A stretch of DNA of 64,000 nucleotides from the NCBI GenBank assembly GCA_951406725.2, contig OX597817.1:23684001-23748000 (forward strand). Reading direction: 5' to 3'. The position numbers and the translations under genes are program-made. Numbering within the stretch: the first letter of the stretch is position 1; each line of letters begins with the position of its first letter. The notes under the pieces were generated by a model, which was given only the letters and a program-made list of their open reading frames with translations, ran no database searches and was not told the DNA's origin. Below are positions 41,366 to 55,904 of the stretch, piece by piece. This DNA is from Octopus vulgaris. Lineage: Eukaryota.

Positions 41366-41404
41366 CATATACACACATACATACATACATACATACATAC
41401 ATAC

Positions 41405-41481
<77 letters not shown>

Positions 41482-41509
41482 CATACATACATATATACAT
41501 ATATACATA

Positions 41510-41546
<37 letters not shown>

Positions 41547-41549
<3 letters not shown>

Positions 41550-42105
41550 GTCAAGCTTGTCGTTCTGCTTGGTTGGTTTCCTAACAGGATACAGTTATGG
41601 GTCTTTTCCTTATATTCGTTGAAGCTGGGTTTTGATTGGTTTGGAATTATATGACGTCAGTGAACAGTGCAAGAGTAGCTGATATAACCCCAACAACCTC
41701 CACCAAGGTTACCAAAATTACGACCAACAGACGACGACCAAGAATCACTACTGTTGCTTCCATTGGAACACAAGGTAAAATCTATAATGAACTTCTCCAC
41801 TACACTCGACAAAACAGTAAGGAACGACTATGGATTTTTTTCTATTATACTCTTTATAATATATTTGATAAGGTTCGCCTTTTTTAAGAACATGGATTCT
41901 ATTGAATGTATATAGCATGGATTCTATTGAATGTATGTAACAATTATGAACTGTTCCATTATACTGTTTATTATAAATTTTTTTGATAAGATTCGTTATT
42001 TCAAGAACCGAAACATGTAAAGTTAAAATTTATTTAATATAGCGGCGTTTTCAAACTTCTTTTTTTACAAATATATACCCACTCGTATACGATCTACTCT
42101 TATTA
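41547..42105 (+). mobile_element. (TA)n-flanked cassette with tandem hammerhead-like motifs (PLE-type)
   Basis: TTGATAA-GATTC..GAACC-GAAAC-AT-GTA (41983-42019), plus an upstream paralog TTGATAA-GGTTC..GAAC (41865-41891) that has lost CGAAAC. Confidence 0.55.
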
Positions 42106-42136
42106 TAAATATATATATATATTTATATATATATAT

Positions 42137-42521
42137 ATTATATAAAAGGGCTTAGTAAAATAAATTACTTTGCCACATACTGAACTCATTAGAAATAGTA
42201 GCTAAAAAAACTTTTTTAAAACTATTTCTAATACTTAAAGAAAATCTCTCTCATATAGTACTTGCTCAATTCAACTCACGAAAGTATGGGGGTAAAGACA
42301 TTAAAAAATCAAATGCAAAGGTTATTTGAGTAATAACCTTTGCATTTGATTTTTTAATGTCTTTACCCCATACTTTCGTGAGTTGAATTGAGCAAGCACT
42401 ATATGAGAGAGATTTTCTTTAAGTATTAGAAATAGTTTTAAAAAAAGTTTTTTTAGCTACTATTTCTAATGAGTTCAGTATGTGGCAAAGTAATTTATTT
42501 TACTAAGCCCTTTTATATAAT
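42137..42521. repeat. Near-perfect 385-bp palindrome (190-bp arms, 5-nt loop TGAGT)
   Basis: Arms 42137-42326 and 42332-42521 differ by one substitution and two homopolymer-length indels. Confidence 0.97.
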
Positions 42522-43260
42522 GTAATAATTTGAATTCGCCTTAAATGGTCCCTTTACATACTGAACACTTGGTGATATTGATTAATAATTAATTAATTAA
42601 TTTTACCCTCAATTGTTGAAATTATATATATATATATATATCGGGGTAAATGCGTTAAGCCTTGTTTACGTATAATCACAATTTACGTTAGTTGAAATAT
42701 GTTTGTCACATATTTCAACTGCTAAAGACAAGTACACTGCAGGTAAGGTGGAGAATGTAATCAAGTGGATTTATTAATGAAATATACCAATAAAATGAAA
42801 ACAAAGTATGAATTAACAACGACACTACGTTAACGACCCAAACATGATATTAGACTAAATATAAATGACGATGTTGGAAAATAGATATTGCAACGAAATT
42901 GCTCAGTTGAGGAAGAGCCACTAATTTTTATTTTTCAAAGAATGAATGAGACGAGACTTAATATGAGAGGAAAACATGCAGATGTTTAACATACTCACGC
43001 ATATATATTGTGTCTAATTTAGGTAGAACACTAGCTAATTTCTTGCGAAGGGCGCTTGCGAATTATATTGTCTGGCATGCATTACTTTTCATCGACCGAA
43101 AATTCTTTCAAAGAATACTGCAAGACATTTTTCTCGATACTCTACTGATAATGTACTTCCACCATCTCAGCACGCACACATATTCCTGTGTATGAATGTA
43201 TGCATATATACATATAGACACACATACTTATAAACATATGCGCTACGCACTCTGTCTCCT

Positions 43261-43325
<65 letters not shown>

Positions 43326-43365
43326 TATGTATATGGTAGACAGAAACCGAAAGAAGCCCGTCGTA

Positions 43366-44720
<1,355 letters not shown>

Positions 44721-45257
44721 CCTTGGGCAATAGTGTCATGCAAAAAGAAAATACGTTACAGTAAGTGGGTCTCTTTTTACCTTTCGTTGTTTTTTTTTCC
44801 TTTGGTTCAGGGGATTATGCTCAAACTGGCTCCGTCATTCTCACGTGCCATCCTTGCTACATTCACCCATCTTCTTTTGAAGCATTCACTAGACAAAACT
44901 TCCCTCTCCACTCTCACCTTCCTCTTCAAGTGATACTTGAAGATTTTGATGAAAAAGTATGAGAAATATGGATGTATAAACAAATATGAATGTATAAACG
45001 CCATCGGTTAAGCTGCATGGCGTGAGTAAACTCGCTCATACAGGAATCCACCGAAATGTCAACATATGCACACGTGAGATTTATTGTGCTCATGATCACA
45101 AAACGAATCAACTATCTACTTTGTGTTTGTAAGAATGGGGAGGTTAAAAGTAACCTTAAGTCATCCATACCTTGAAGTAAATAATGTTAACAGTTACTAA
45201 AAATTCATTCCCGTTGCATTGTACGAAAGTACATTTGTAAGGAAGTGAGTGGATAGC

Positions 45258-45820
45258 GAATAATAGCAAAATAGAATGCAGCCTATTCTCATACAGAAAA
45301 GATTGCAAAGCTTTTCGTTTTCGATGATATATAATAAAGCCGTTGAAAGTATGGAAATCACCATAAGAAATTTTGCCTATCTATCTGTCTATCTATCTGT
45401 TTGTCCGTCAGTTATTGTCTGTCTGATTCTCTCTCTCTCTCTCTCTCCCTCTGTCTCTCAGCAAATAGTTGTGGATGCTACTGTTACATATTACAGTTGA
45501 AGCGAGAGGTAGAGATAGACTGAGTAAAGGAAGGGAATTGATAAAGAATAATAGTGAAAGAGAATGCAACCCATTCTCAGAGAAAAAACGCAGGAAAACT
45601 TTTCGTTTACGACGATATATGATAAAGACGTTGTAAACATGGAAATTGCAAAAAGAAATGTTGCCTATCTATCTATCTGTCTGACAGCTATTCTGTCTGT
45701 CTGCCTCTTTCTCTACCACAATCTCTCTCTCTCTCTCTCTCTCCTTCTCTCTCTCAACAGAGATAGCTCTGGATGCTACTGTTACTTTTATACAGTTAAA
45801 GGGAGAGGTAAAAAGAAAAA
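45258..45820. repeat. Diverged tandem duplication, ~288-bp unit x2
   Basis: gaataatag..agaatgca.cc.attctca...cttttcgttt.cga.gatatat.ataaag...ggatgctactgttac is repeated at an offset of 288. Confidence 0.85.
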
Positions 45821-46389
45821 GATAAATAAGAAGTGCTCAGCAGAAGGAGGTATAGCAGCAGTAAGCAACAGAGAGAGAGAGAGAGAGACAGAGAGAGAGA
45901 GAGACAGAGGAAGGACAAAGAGGGAGTGAGAGAGAAAGAGAAAGAGTGAGCGAGAGAGAGAGTGTGTTTTGTGTTTTTCAACGTTTATCAATATTTTCAG
46001 AGTAGACAGACACATAACCACAGCAAACATTGGATGTTACTTTTGCTTTCCTACAATATGATTAATTGCAGCATCCTATATACTGAGTCCTTAACCAATA
46101 CTGGACACTACTTTTAGATTTCTGAACTATAATTCGATGTTAGTTTTAAAGATGCTTATATTTTTTGTGTTTCGTAGACTTTCCCAGGGTCCTAATTATA
46201 CATGAGTTTTCTATAAATGAACCCACTATATACAGATGTTTACATATTATATATTTTCCGAGAAGTTTTCACGGGTCCAGCTAGTATATATGCAAGGGTC
46301 ACTTGAATTAGGTACTTAAATTGAGGCACCAGGCCGTAATGCACTAATACCTGGACGTACTTCTTACTTATTTACTTTATACATATATA

Positions 46390-47239
46390 TACAGGGTGCG
46401 ATGAATAAACTGTCGTCTACATTACGCAAATATGAAAATAACACTGACATCTCATTTTAACAGATATATTTACCAAAATTACATATAAATATCTTGAAAC
46501 GCAAACGAGTAAATCTATTCAAGAAAACCACCATTGGCTTTAACTACGGCCTCCAGACGACTTCCGAATCTCCTGCAATTTTTCTGCACGGTCTTCTTGT
46601 TTAATTTGATAAATGGTGCCATAATCCTTGCTTCAGTTCATCTTTGGTGTTACAAGGTGTTTTGTTGGTCTCTCGCTCGACTGCGCCCCACACTTAATAA
46701 TGAAGGATGTTGCAGTCTAGGGAATTAGATGGGCAAATGTTAGGGGTGATGTGGTCACAGAAATTGTCTGACAGCCATGACTAATTTCTCCTGCTTATGT
46801 GGCATGGTGCAGAGCCAGTTGCCAGGCATAGGGTCTTCCGGCAGCCACCCTCTTGTCCCAAGGAAGCACTATATCCTCCAGGTAACTCCGTGTGGAGTTT
46901 TTGGCCGTGTGGGAAGATGAATGGAGGCATGACGTCGCCATCACTAGTGATCACTCTAAACTCCATAATGTTGACTGGATGCTTGATTTCTATAACTCTC
47001 GATACATGTTTGAATTGTCCTCAGATTGGCACCCAAATGCTGAAATATTCGTATTGGATCTTACGACACAAATGCCAAGTAGTACACCATATCATTTCAA
47101 AATTGCTAGTAATGTGAATTGCGTCACAGATGGTACCCAACTGACCCTACTATACTGTATAGTCAACAACATCAAAAATAATGTGCATGCTCGAAATAAA
47201 AAATATAAAATCGCGACAATTTACCCATCGCACCCTGTA
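46390..47239 (-). mobile_element. Tc1/mariner-superfamily element (maT/DD37D-like), internally deleted, both TIRs present
   Basis: TIRs tacagggtgcgatgaataaactgtcg and (reverse complement) tacagggtgcgatgggtaaattgtcg, with TA ends. Minus-strand peptides: VITSDGDVMPPFIFPHG, SAPCH (QDSAPxH), NSLDCNILHY (SPDxNPLDY), WGAVERETNKTPCNTKDELK, RRFGSRLEAVVKANGGFLE*. Confidence 0.88.
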
Positions 47240-47916
47240 TATATGTGTGTGTCTGTGTTTGTGCGTGTGTGTCTGTGTCAGTATTTGCGTGTGCATATGT
47301 GTTCGTGTATACTCATGAAGTACTCTTCTGTGATCTCGGAAGGCACGATGCACTTCACAAACTCCCAGAAATGTCCCTTAGTTTTGTTTAGTAGTGTCAT
47401 TTACTCCAGCTCACATTAGCTTTCTGAAAAGGCAAAAAAAAAAAAAGGGAAAAAAGAAGAAAATTTCTATTAGAAACTTATAAAATTTATTTCATAGGTT
47501 GCAGGTGTTGCCCTAAATTCTATAGTGATAATAATTTCACAAAAGGCCAAAAAAAAAAAGAAAAACAAATTGACGAAATGGGAGACACAGTTGATTTAAT
47601 GTTCGTTCCAAACTTGCAGTGATTTATAGTACATTGACACTTAGCTTATTAAGGATATAACGTTTTAATTAATGGTATATACATACCATATATGCACGCA
47701 TATAGTTAAATTTATATATGCGTAAAATTGCACACGTTGCACATAAACACAGGTGCGCGTGTGCGGGATTTGCGTGTGAATGTATGAGCGTGCATGCGTT
47801 TGTATATACATATACGTGTATGTATGTGTGTATCCACACACACACACACACACATATACATGCATATATTGGCATTGTAATTTACAGCTGCACACACGCA
47901 CATACACTTACATGCT

Positions 47917-47967
<51 letters not shown>

Positions 47968-48024
47968 GTGTGTATGTATTTGTATATGTATGTATGTATC
48001 TCTCTCTTCCTTTCTCTCTATATA

Positions 48025-48067
<43 letters not shown>

Positions 48068-48624
48068 TAGTATATATATGTATATATATGTTTCATATAT
48101 GTATATATATGCATCATAGTCCACTCAGACTTACTGAGATGAAACTGCTTCAAGAGACTGTGAGAAAAATTACGAATTATAGGTATACGTATAGATATAC
48201 AAATGCATGAACACATACAGACATTTGCTAATGATGCCCATTATAATTATGGTGAATATGTGGTTATAACTCTATCGTGATCAGAAACGGCTTATTTAAA
48301 AACCGACCATTGATTATTTATCGTCTTTGACAGCTTAGATTCACATTTCCGTTTCACCAACTCATCTGGCTATGTTTCATGACAGTTTATTTGCCAGAAT
48401 AAATTCTTCACTCAACCGTCTTTTTATCGGGTTCTGTGCACCCAGATTTATAAACATCTCCTACCTTATCCTACCTCCTCATCTCTTTCCTTAACATTCT
48501 CTCCTCTTTTACTTCTCTTCATTGTTTTTCCCCCCACCTCACTTTCAGCTTCTTGGCGTCATGGTCTATCAAAATTCACGCTCCCCCCATATTTTCACGA
48601 TCATCATAATGGATATCGATGCCA

Positions 48625-48648
48625 ACGTCGTCGTCATCGTCGTCGTCG

Positions 48649-48726
<78 letters not shown>

Positions 48727-49276
48727 CCGTCATTCTTGATTCTTTAATATCCATGCTAGCTTTAATACCATTCAATACCATTCATTGTACGACTGCATGT
48801 TATAATGCAACTTCTTTCTTTTTGTATGCGTTCACACCAGTCTTCATCTCTAACATCATCATCATTATAATTATCATCGCCCTCACTAACTTCTTTGTCC
48901 AATCAGATTCCTCATCGTCACCATCACCCTCGTCGTCATCAACATAGCTATCATCATTGATGCCTCATCTTTTTTCTTTCTTCTTCTTCTTCTTCTTCTT
49001 CTTCTTCTTCTTTTCTTCTACTTCTTCTCCTTCTCTTTCTCCTTCTTCTTGTTCTTCTTCTCATCCTTCTTCTTCTTCTTCTCCTTCTTCTTCTTCTACT
49101 TCTCATTTTCCTTCTTCTCCTTTTTCTCCTTCTTCCTCTCCTCCATTTTCTTCTTCTTCTTTTTCTCCTTCTTCCTCTCCTCCATTTTCTTCTTCGTCTT
49201 CTTCTTCTTCTTCTTCTTCTTCTTCTTCTTCTTCTTCTTCTCCTTTTCTCCTTCTTCTTCTCCTCCATTTTCTTCT

Positions 49277-49323
<47 letters not shown>

Positions 49324-49380
49324 TTCTTCTTCTTCTTCTTCTTCTCCTTCTTCTATTTCTTCTTCGTCTTCTTTTTCTCC
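48625..49380. repeat. (CAT)n followed by (CTT)n-rich low-complexity tract
   Basis: Read directly from the sequence. Confidence 0.95.
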
Positions 49381-49578
49381 ATCATCGTCGTTGTCGTTAT
49401 CAATATCGTCAATATAATTTTTTATCCGTCCTATTCATTGTGTCTTAGTTGCAATTAATCCTTATTGCCTCAGTTGTGTTCCCATTCTATCATTTCCACC
49501 GGATTTACATTTTCCATCATTCCATATTCCATAGTCTCTATCGTCTCCCTTCTCTGTCTCCCCTTCTACCTCTCTCTC

Positions 49579-49626
<48 letters not shown>

Positions 49627-49831
49627 GTCTATGTTTCTCCTTCCTTGATTCTCCGTGTGAATGTCATTCCTTGTCATAATCTCCTCCCATTTGAGAAGAT
49701 ATGCTTTTTCGGTCTGACACACAATTTTATTTCTTATTAATTTCTGATTTTCTATTTGTCTGTTGACTTACTTTTCCCTTTCTTCCGTCTCTCTGCTCAT
49801 CACACGCATACATACCCACTCGCCCACTCGC

Positions 49832-49876
<45 letters not shown>

Positions 49877-50429
49877 TCACACTACAAACACACGTTCATA
49901 TGTGAACGCTTTCACACATTCTCATATATAAGGTGCATATGCGCCGGTAAGTTGCTCGTATAAAAGTACAAAGTATGTGTGTGATTTCGTCCGTGTTCAT
50001 GCAGTGTGTTATATGTGGGCAAATACGCGCTTATATCAGTGTGACATTGTCTATATGCACTTTCTTGCGTGTCTGTGAGAAAGAGAAGGTGGTTTTTCGT
50101 TTGAAGGAGGAATACTTTTTATATATATATATATATATATACGTGTGTATAGTTATATGTGCAAACGTGCAATCTCAATGAGGCTTTCGTAAGACAAGTA
50201 TATATGTTATAGTAGAAGACTATAGATGATATTGAAGCGGACAAGTCTGTTTGGAAATAAAGAGAAAACCGTTGTATTATAGTGCCGTGAATCGGAAAAC
50301 GGAAAACGGAGCCTGGAACCGGTGAAGTAGAAGAATATTTCTTCATCGTTGAATAGCACAGCTCGAAAGATTAATTGAAATTCATATCAAAACGTATCAA
50401 GCTTAATGAATATGGGTTTCTTTTCTGTT

Positions 50430-50481
<52 letters not shown>

Positions 50482-50562
50482 ACAGAGACACACACACGCA
50501 CATACACACATATATATACATATATGTCTGTGTGTGTGTGAGTGTGTTTACATGCACATATA

Positions 50563-50635
<73 letters not shown>

Positions 50636-50764
50636 AGAGAGAGAGAGAGAGATAAAGAAAGAGAAAGAGAAAAATAGAAAGAGAGAGAGAGAAAGAAAGA
50701 GAGAGAGAGAGAAATAGAGAGAGAGGGAGAGAGGGGAGAGAGAGAGAGAGAGAGGGAGGAAAAC

Positions 50765-50917
50765 GTAGCAGCGTGGTAAGAAGCTTGCTTCCTAACCACA
50801 ATTTATTGAGTTCAGTCCCACTGCTTGGCACCTTGGGCAAGTGTCTTCTACTATAGCCTCGGGCCGATCTAAACCTTGTAAGTGAATTTGGTAGATGGAA
50901 ACTAAAAGAAGCCCGTC

Positions 50918-50920
<3 letters not shown>
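50765..50920 (+). mobile_element. SINE family A, 5' half ending in (TA)n
   Basis: gtggtaagaagcttgc...gttcagtcccactgc...gaagcccgtcgta(TA)n. Confidence 0.8.
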
Positions 50921-50971
<51 letters not shown>

Positions 50972-51558
50972 GCATACATATAAAACTGAAGCTTCTCTTT
51001 ATTAAATTAAGATAGTTCTTTCAACCATAAGAAAAGAATTTGATAAACATCTGACCATTATATTTTTCACCAAAGGTCAACAATTCAAATGGAACCAGCG
51101 GGAAAGCACTTTCACAAGTTCTTCATAAAACACTCTTTACAAATCTCCTCTCCCCACAGCTCCACTCTCAATCAATTATCTTGCTTTTACCATTCACTAT
51201 TTTCTTTTCAGCTCTTTTTCATCAACACTCATTCAATCTTACAATCATTAACAAACCCCCACCCTCCGCCAGACACTCCAAAATGTCTTATATATAGAAT
51301 CACACAACAAAACCTGAGGTCAGTCTGACAATCGCCACCGACGAATGCGAGAAAATTCTCCAGAAAAGTTAACAAGGAATCTTTAAGAATCTTCCCACCG
51401 AAGTTATCAAAGAACTTACTAGATCTACAAACTAATCTATATATCTATATTATTAAGATAGTAAATTGATTAGAACTACCAATCAAGTCATTCTTTTCTT
51501 CTTTCAAATATATACATACTTATACATACATATATGCATATATAGATATATATATATA

Positions 51559-51953
51559 GGCGCAGGAGTGGCTGTGTCGTAAGTAGCTTGTTTACCAACC
51601 ACATGGTTCTGGATTCAGTCCCACTGCGTGGGACCTTGGGCAAGTGTCTTCTACTATAGCTTCGGGCCGACCAAAGCCTTGTGAGTGGATTTGGTAGACG
51701 GAAACTGAAAGAAGCCCGTCGTATATATATGTATATCTATATTTATGCGTGTGTGTATTTGTGTGTCTGTGTTTGTCCCCCTAGCATTGCTTGACAACCG
51801 ATGCTGGTGTGTTTATGTCCCCGTTACTTAGCGGTTCGGCAAAAAAGACCGATAGAATAAGTCCCGGGGTCGAGTTGCTCGATTAAAGGTGGTGCTCCAG
51901 CATGACCGCAGTCAAATGACTGTAACAAGTAGAAGAGTAAAAGAGTAAAGAGT
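51559..51953 (+). mobile_element. SINE family A
   Basis: Complete from head to (gtaaaaga)n tail, with one short internal deletion. Confidence 0.92.
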
Positions 51954-52143
51954 ATATATATATATATATATAATTTTAAAATTATGGCATTTTAAGGAAA
52001 GGAAAAAAAAATTTTTCCAATATTCTCCAGACATTTTGACACAAATATATATATTTTTTAACATTTAAGCCTTCTGTCGTTTTTTCACACTTTACTATTT
52101 TCTTATATATTCACCCACGTGCTTTACCAATCAAACTTTCTTA

Positions 52144-52195
<52 letters not shown>

Positions 52196-52261
52196 GTTTA
52201 TCGCCATTTTTTTTGTTTCGGCGTATCTGGCATTAGAATTTTTCTTCTGCCCTTGTCTTGT

Positions 52262-52345
<84 letters not shown>

Positions 52346-52409
52346 TAGAGATAGATAGATAGATAGATAGATAGACAAAGACACGCACGCGCACACACAC
52401 ACACGCACG

Positions 52410-52451
<42 letters not shown>

Positions 52452-52716
52452 TATACATTGTGGACACTTCCATCGAAGACGACCTACAAGTGTTCGGTGA
52501 GAAGGCAGAAAAAAAAACAACGAAACAATCAGCAACACACACCACACGTTACTATTAGAACCATTCACCAATGTTTACAATTCGTTCAGTTCACCTGATG
52601 TGAGTCCTCAGGCAACCAAAAGCAATATGGATACGAACATGCGCATGATTTATTAATCCAGCACGAAATTTATCTGAGAAATCACAAGGTGGACAATAGT
52701 GGTTTGTGGGAAACGT

Positions 52717-53142
52717 TTTACTCTCTCTTTACTCTTTTACTCTTTTACTTGTTTCAGTCATTTGACTGCGGCCATGCTGGAGCACCGCCTTTAGTCGAGC
52801 AAATCGACCCCGGGACTTATTCTTTGTAGGCCCAGTACTTATTCTATCGGTCTCTTTGGCCGAACCGCTAAGTGACGGTTGTCAAGCAATGCTAGGGAGA
52901 CAAACACAGACACACAAACACATACACATACACATATATATATATATATATACATATATACGACAGGCTTCTTTCAGTTTCCGTCTACCAAATCCACTCA
53001 CAAGGCATTGGTCGGCCCGGGGCTATAGCAGAAGACACTTGCCCAAGATGCCACGCAGTGGGACTGAACCCGGAACCATGTGGTTGGTTAGCAAGCTACT
53101 TACCACACAGCTACTCCTGCGCCTATAGCTACTCCTGCGCCT
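52717..53142 (-). mobile_element. SINE family A with an 18-bp tandem duplication at its 5' end
   Basis: Reverse complement of the consensus; agctactcctgcgcctat occurs twice at 53109-53144. Confidence 0.92.
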
Positions 53143-53255
53143 ATTTTATATTGGTTTGTTTTGCTTTTTTTTCACCTAACTACTCTTGATGGCCAAGTCT
53201 TTGAGTTCCGAAATTTTGAAGCTAGAGAAGGTGATCGATCCTCCACTCTGCCTGG

Positions 53256-53672
53256 TTTACTCTTTACTCTTTTACTCTTTTCCTTATTTCAGTCAGTTGA
53301 CTGCGGCCATGCTGGAGCACCGCCTTTAGTCGAGCAACTCGACCCCGGGACTTATTCTATGTAAGCCCAGTACTTATTCTATCGGTTTTCTTTTGCCGAA
53401 CTGCTAAGTGACGGGGACATAAACACACCAGCATCAGTTGTCAAGCAATGCTAGGGGGACAAACACAGACACACAAACATACACATACATATATATATAT
53501 ACATATATACGACGGGCTTCTTTCAGTTTCCGTCTACCAAATCCACTCACAAGGCTTTGGTCTGCCCAAGGCTATAGTAGAAGACACTTGCCCAAGGTGC
53601 CACGCAGTGGGACTGAACCCGGAACCATGTGGTTGGTAGGCAAGCTACTTACCACACAGCCACTCCTGCGCC
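53256..53672 (-). mobile_element. SINE family A
   Basis: Reverse complement of the consensus. Confidence 0.92.
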
Positions 53673-53699
53673 TTAGGATTCTCAATATTTTTTGCCTAG

Positions 53700-54590
53700 T
53701 ACTCAGACTTTACTAATTATCTTTTAATTCGTCGTCATGTGGTAGAAATGCCCGCCCTATATTACCTCATTAATTTACTAGCTTTCCACAAAAGATTTGC
53801 TTTGGCATTTAACCACAATTCATGCGAAAGATGTGGTAACACCATCGCATTTGAGACTTGATGAAGAAATCCTCTGGACCAGATTTTCCACACATTTCCA
53901 GGATAGTGCTACTCTTCCCTCTATCATTCCACTCAACTTTGCATATTTGTCAGAGACATCTCAAATGAAAGTTGTCAGGCCGACCAACGTGCCTACGATA
54001 AGGTTCCATATGAAAGATTTGTTAGCACATCTCAGTTTCTGCCCATATGAGACATCATCAGCATTCGACAGCTGATCATAAATGTTTCCAAAAGCTGCAC
54101 TGACCTTTCCAATTAATTGATAGTTTCAGTCAGGTTGTTTACATACACGACATGTTAGGCTATTGCCGTCCCTTATGATGTTAACCTGGTAGCTTCTTGT
54201 AGGTTGGCATTGATCCTAGCTGCTAATATAAACCCTTCTGTTTCTTACTTTTAAGCCAGAAGACGCTTAGAATTGATATGTAAGAGCTTTGTCAGTATCA
54301 GCATTTTTAGCTTTCTTTGGGTATTTGTGATTGAATGATTTTGCTTGCTATGTATGAGTAAGAATATTTAAAGCAGTATTTTTAGCTAAGACTTTCATAC
54401 GTTTAGTTTTTTTCTGTGCTTGTTTTCAGTTCATCTAATTCTAGGACTTACTGTATTTTGGAATTCGCTTACATATCTCCTTGTGACTTTTGTAAGCGAA
54501 TATGATTTCTTACGTTCGTGATTTAAGTTAAGCTATAGCATCCAGTCATAAAAATATGTCAGATAAATGTTAAGGCTAGTTGTGATATGA
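53700..54590 (-). mobile_element. Decayed R4/Dong-type LINE fragment
   Basis: ggcattgatcctagctgctaatataaacccttctgtttc...aagccagaag aligns with 24555-24611 (SSGLK.ETEGFI.AA.DQC). Degenerate NRPD and KY remnants at ~53940-53985. Confidence 0.7.
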
Positions 54591-54799
54591 ATGTGATTTC
54601 TCAGTTATTTCTGATATGCCATATTATGCACCAGTACTCAATTGTATCAATATTTCTTCCATTCTTAGTAGAAGTGGATTCAAAATTTGGTACCACCAGC
54701 AATGTTCGGAGAATTTGAATTTAGAATCTAGAAGGACGAAATGCCACTAAGCATTTTCGCGGTGCAGTACCAATTCTGCAAGCCTTTAGCCGTAGTAAT

Positions 54800-55345
54800 A
54801 TTCCTTTCAACATTAGGCATAAGACCTGAAATTTGGGGGAGGGTATAGTCAACTATATCAAGCCCATAAAAAGTCGGCGAGCTGGTAGAATCGTTAGCAC
54901 GCCAGGCGAAATGCGTAGCCGTATTTCGTCTACCGCTACGTCCTGGGTTCAAATTCCGCCGAGGTCGACTTAGCCTTTCATCCTCTCAGGGTCGATAAAT
55001 TAAGTACCAGTTGCGCATTGGGGTCGATATAATCGACTTAATCCGTTTGTCTGTCCTTGTTTGTCCACTCTGTGTTTAGCCCCTTGTGGGTAGTAAAGAA
55101 ATATATATCAAGCCCAGTGGACAAGTGGTACTTATTCCATCGATGTCGAAACGATGAAATGCAATGCAGACCTCAGATGATATTTGAACTCTAAACGTGT
55201 AAAGCTTACTAAAAGAAAGGTAAGTGTAATACGCGACATAGGAAACATTTCATTGATTCAAGATGACATTTGGGATTAGGCAGTGTCTACTTTAATGAAA
55301 CATGTTTTTGCCCGGCGTGCTAACAATTCTGCCAGCTCAGCGTCT
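54800..55345 (-). mobile_element. Old SINE B-related host element carrying two insertions
   Basis: Tail cattaggcataagacctgaaatttggggg, body atttgaactc, head gcccggcgtgctaacaattctgccagctc. Interrupted by the young SINE B and by the ~100-bp segment at 55205-55302. Confidence 0.65.
54873..55103 (+). mobile_element. tRNA-like SINE family B with a 13-bp TSD
   Basis: Head ggcgagctggtagaatcgttagc...gttcaaattcc; central gcctttcatcct..ggggtcgataaattaagtaccag. TSD tatatcaagccca at 54854-54866 and 55104-55116. Confidence 0.92.
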
Positions 55346-55459
55346 TTAGCCGCAAAAATAGATTTTCTTCCATTTACATTTTTCTGCTACATTTACAGGA
55401 GTTTTTCAAGCTAAGTTGAAAATATTTATATACATATATATTTTTACATTTTGTATATA

Positions 55460-55869
55460 TACTCTTTTACTTATTTCAGTCATTTGACTGTGGCCATGCT
55501 GGAGCACCGCCTATAGTTGAGCAAATCGACCCCAGGACTTATTCTTTGTAAACCTAGTACTTATTCTATCGGTCTCTTTTGCTGAACAATTAAGTTACGG
55601 GGACGTAAACACACCAGCATAGGTTGACAAGCGATGTGGGGGGGGGGAACAAACACAGACACACACACACACACACACACGCACATATATATATATATAT
55701 ATATAGATAGATAGATAGATATATACGATGGGGTTCTTTCAGTTTCCGTCCACTCACAAGGCTTTGGTTGGCCCGAGGCTATAGTAGAAGACACTTGCCC
55801 AAGGTGCCACGCAGTGGGACTGAACCCGGAGCCATGTGGCTGGTAAGCAAGCTACTTACCACACAGCCA
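55460..55869 (-). mobile_element. SINE family A
   Basis: Reverse complement of the consensus. Confidence 0.9.
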
Positions 55870-55904
55870 TATATATATATATATACGCCTATATATAAAG
55901 TTAT

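Noticed and set aside
48954-49448. Arg-rich protamine-like ORF and Ser-rich ORF
   Set aside because: Translations of a (CTT)n/(GAA)n tract, open in several frames on both strands.
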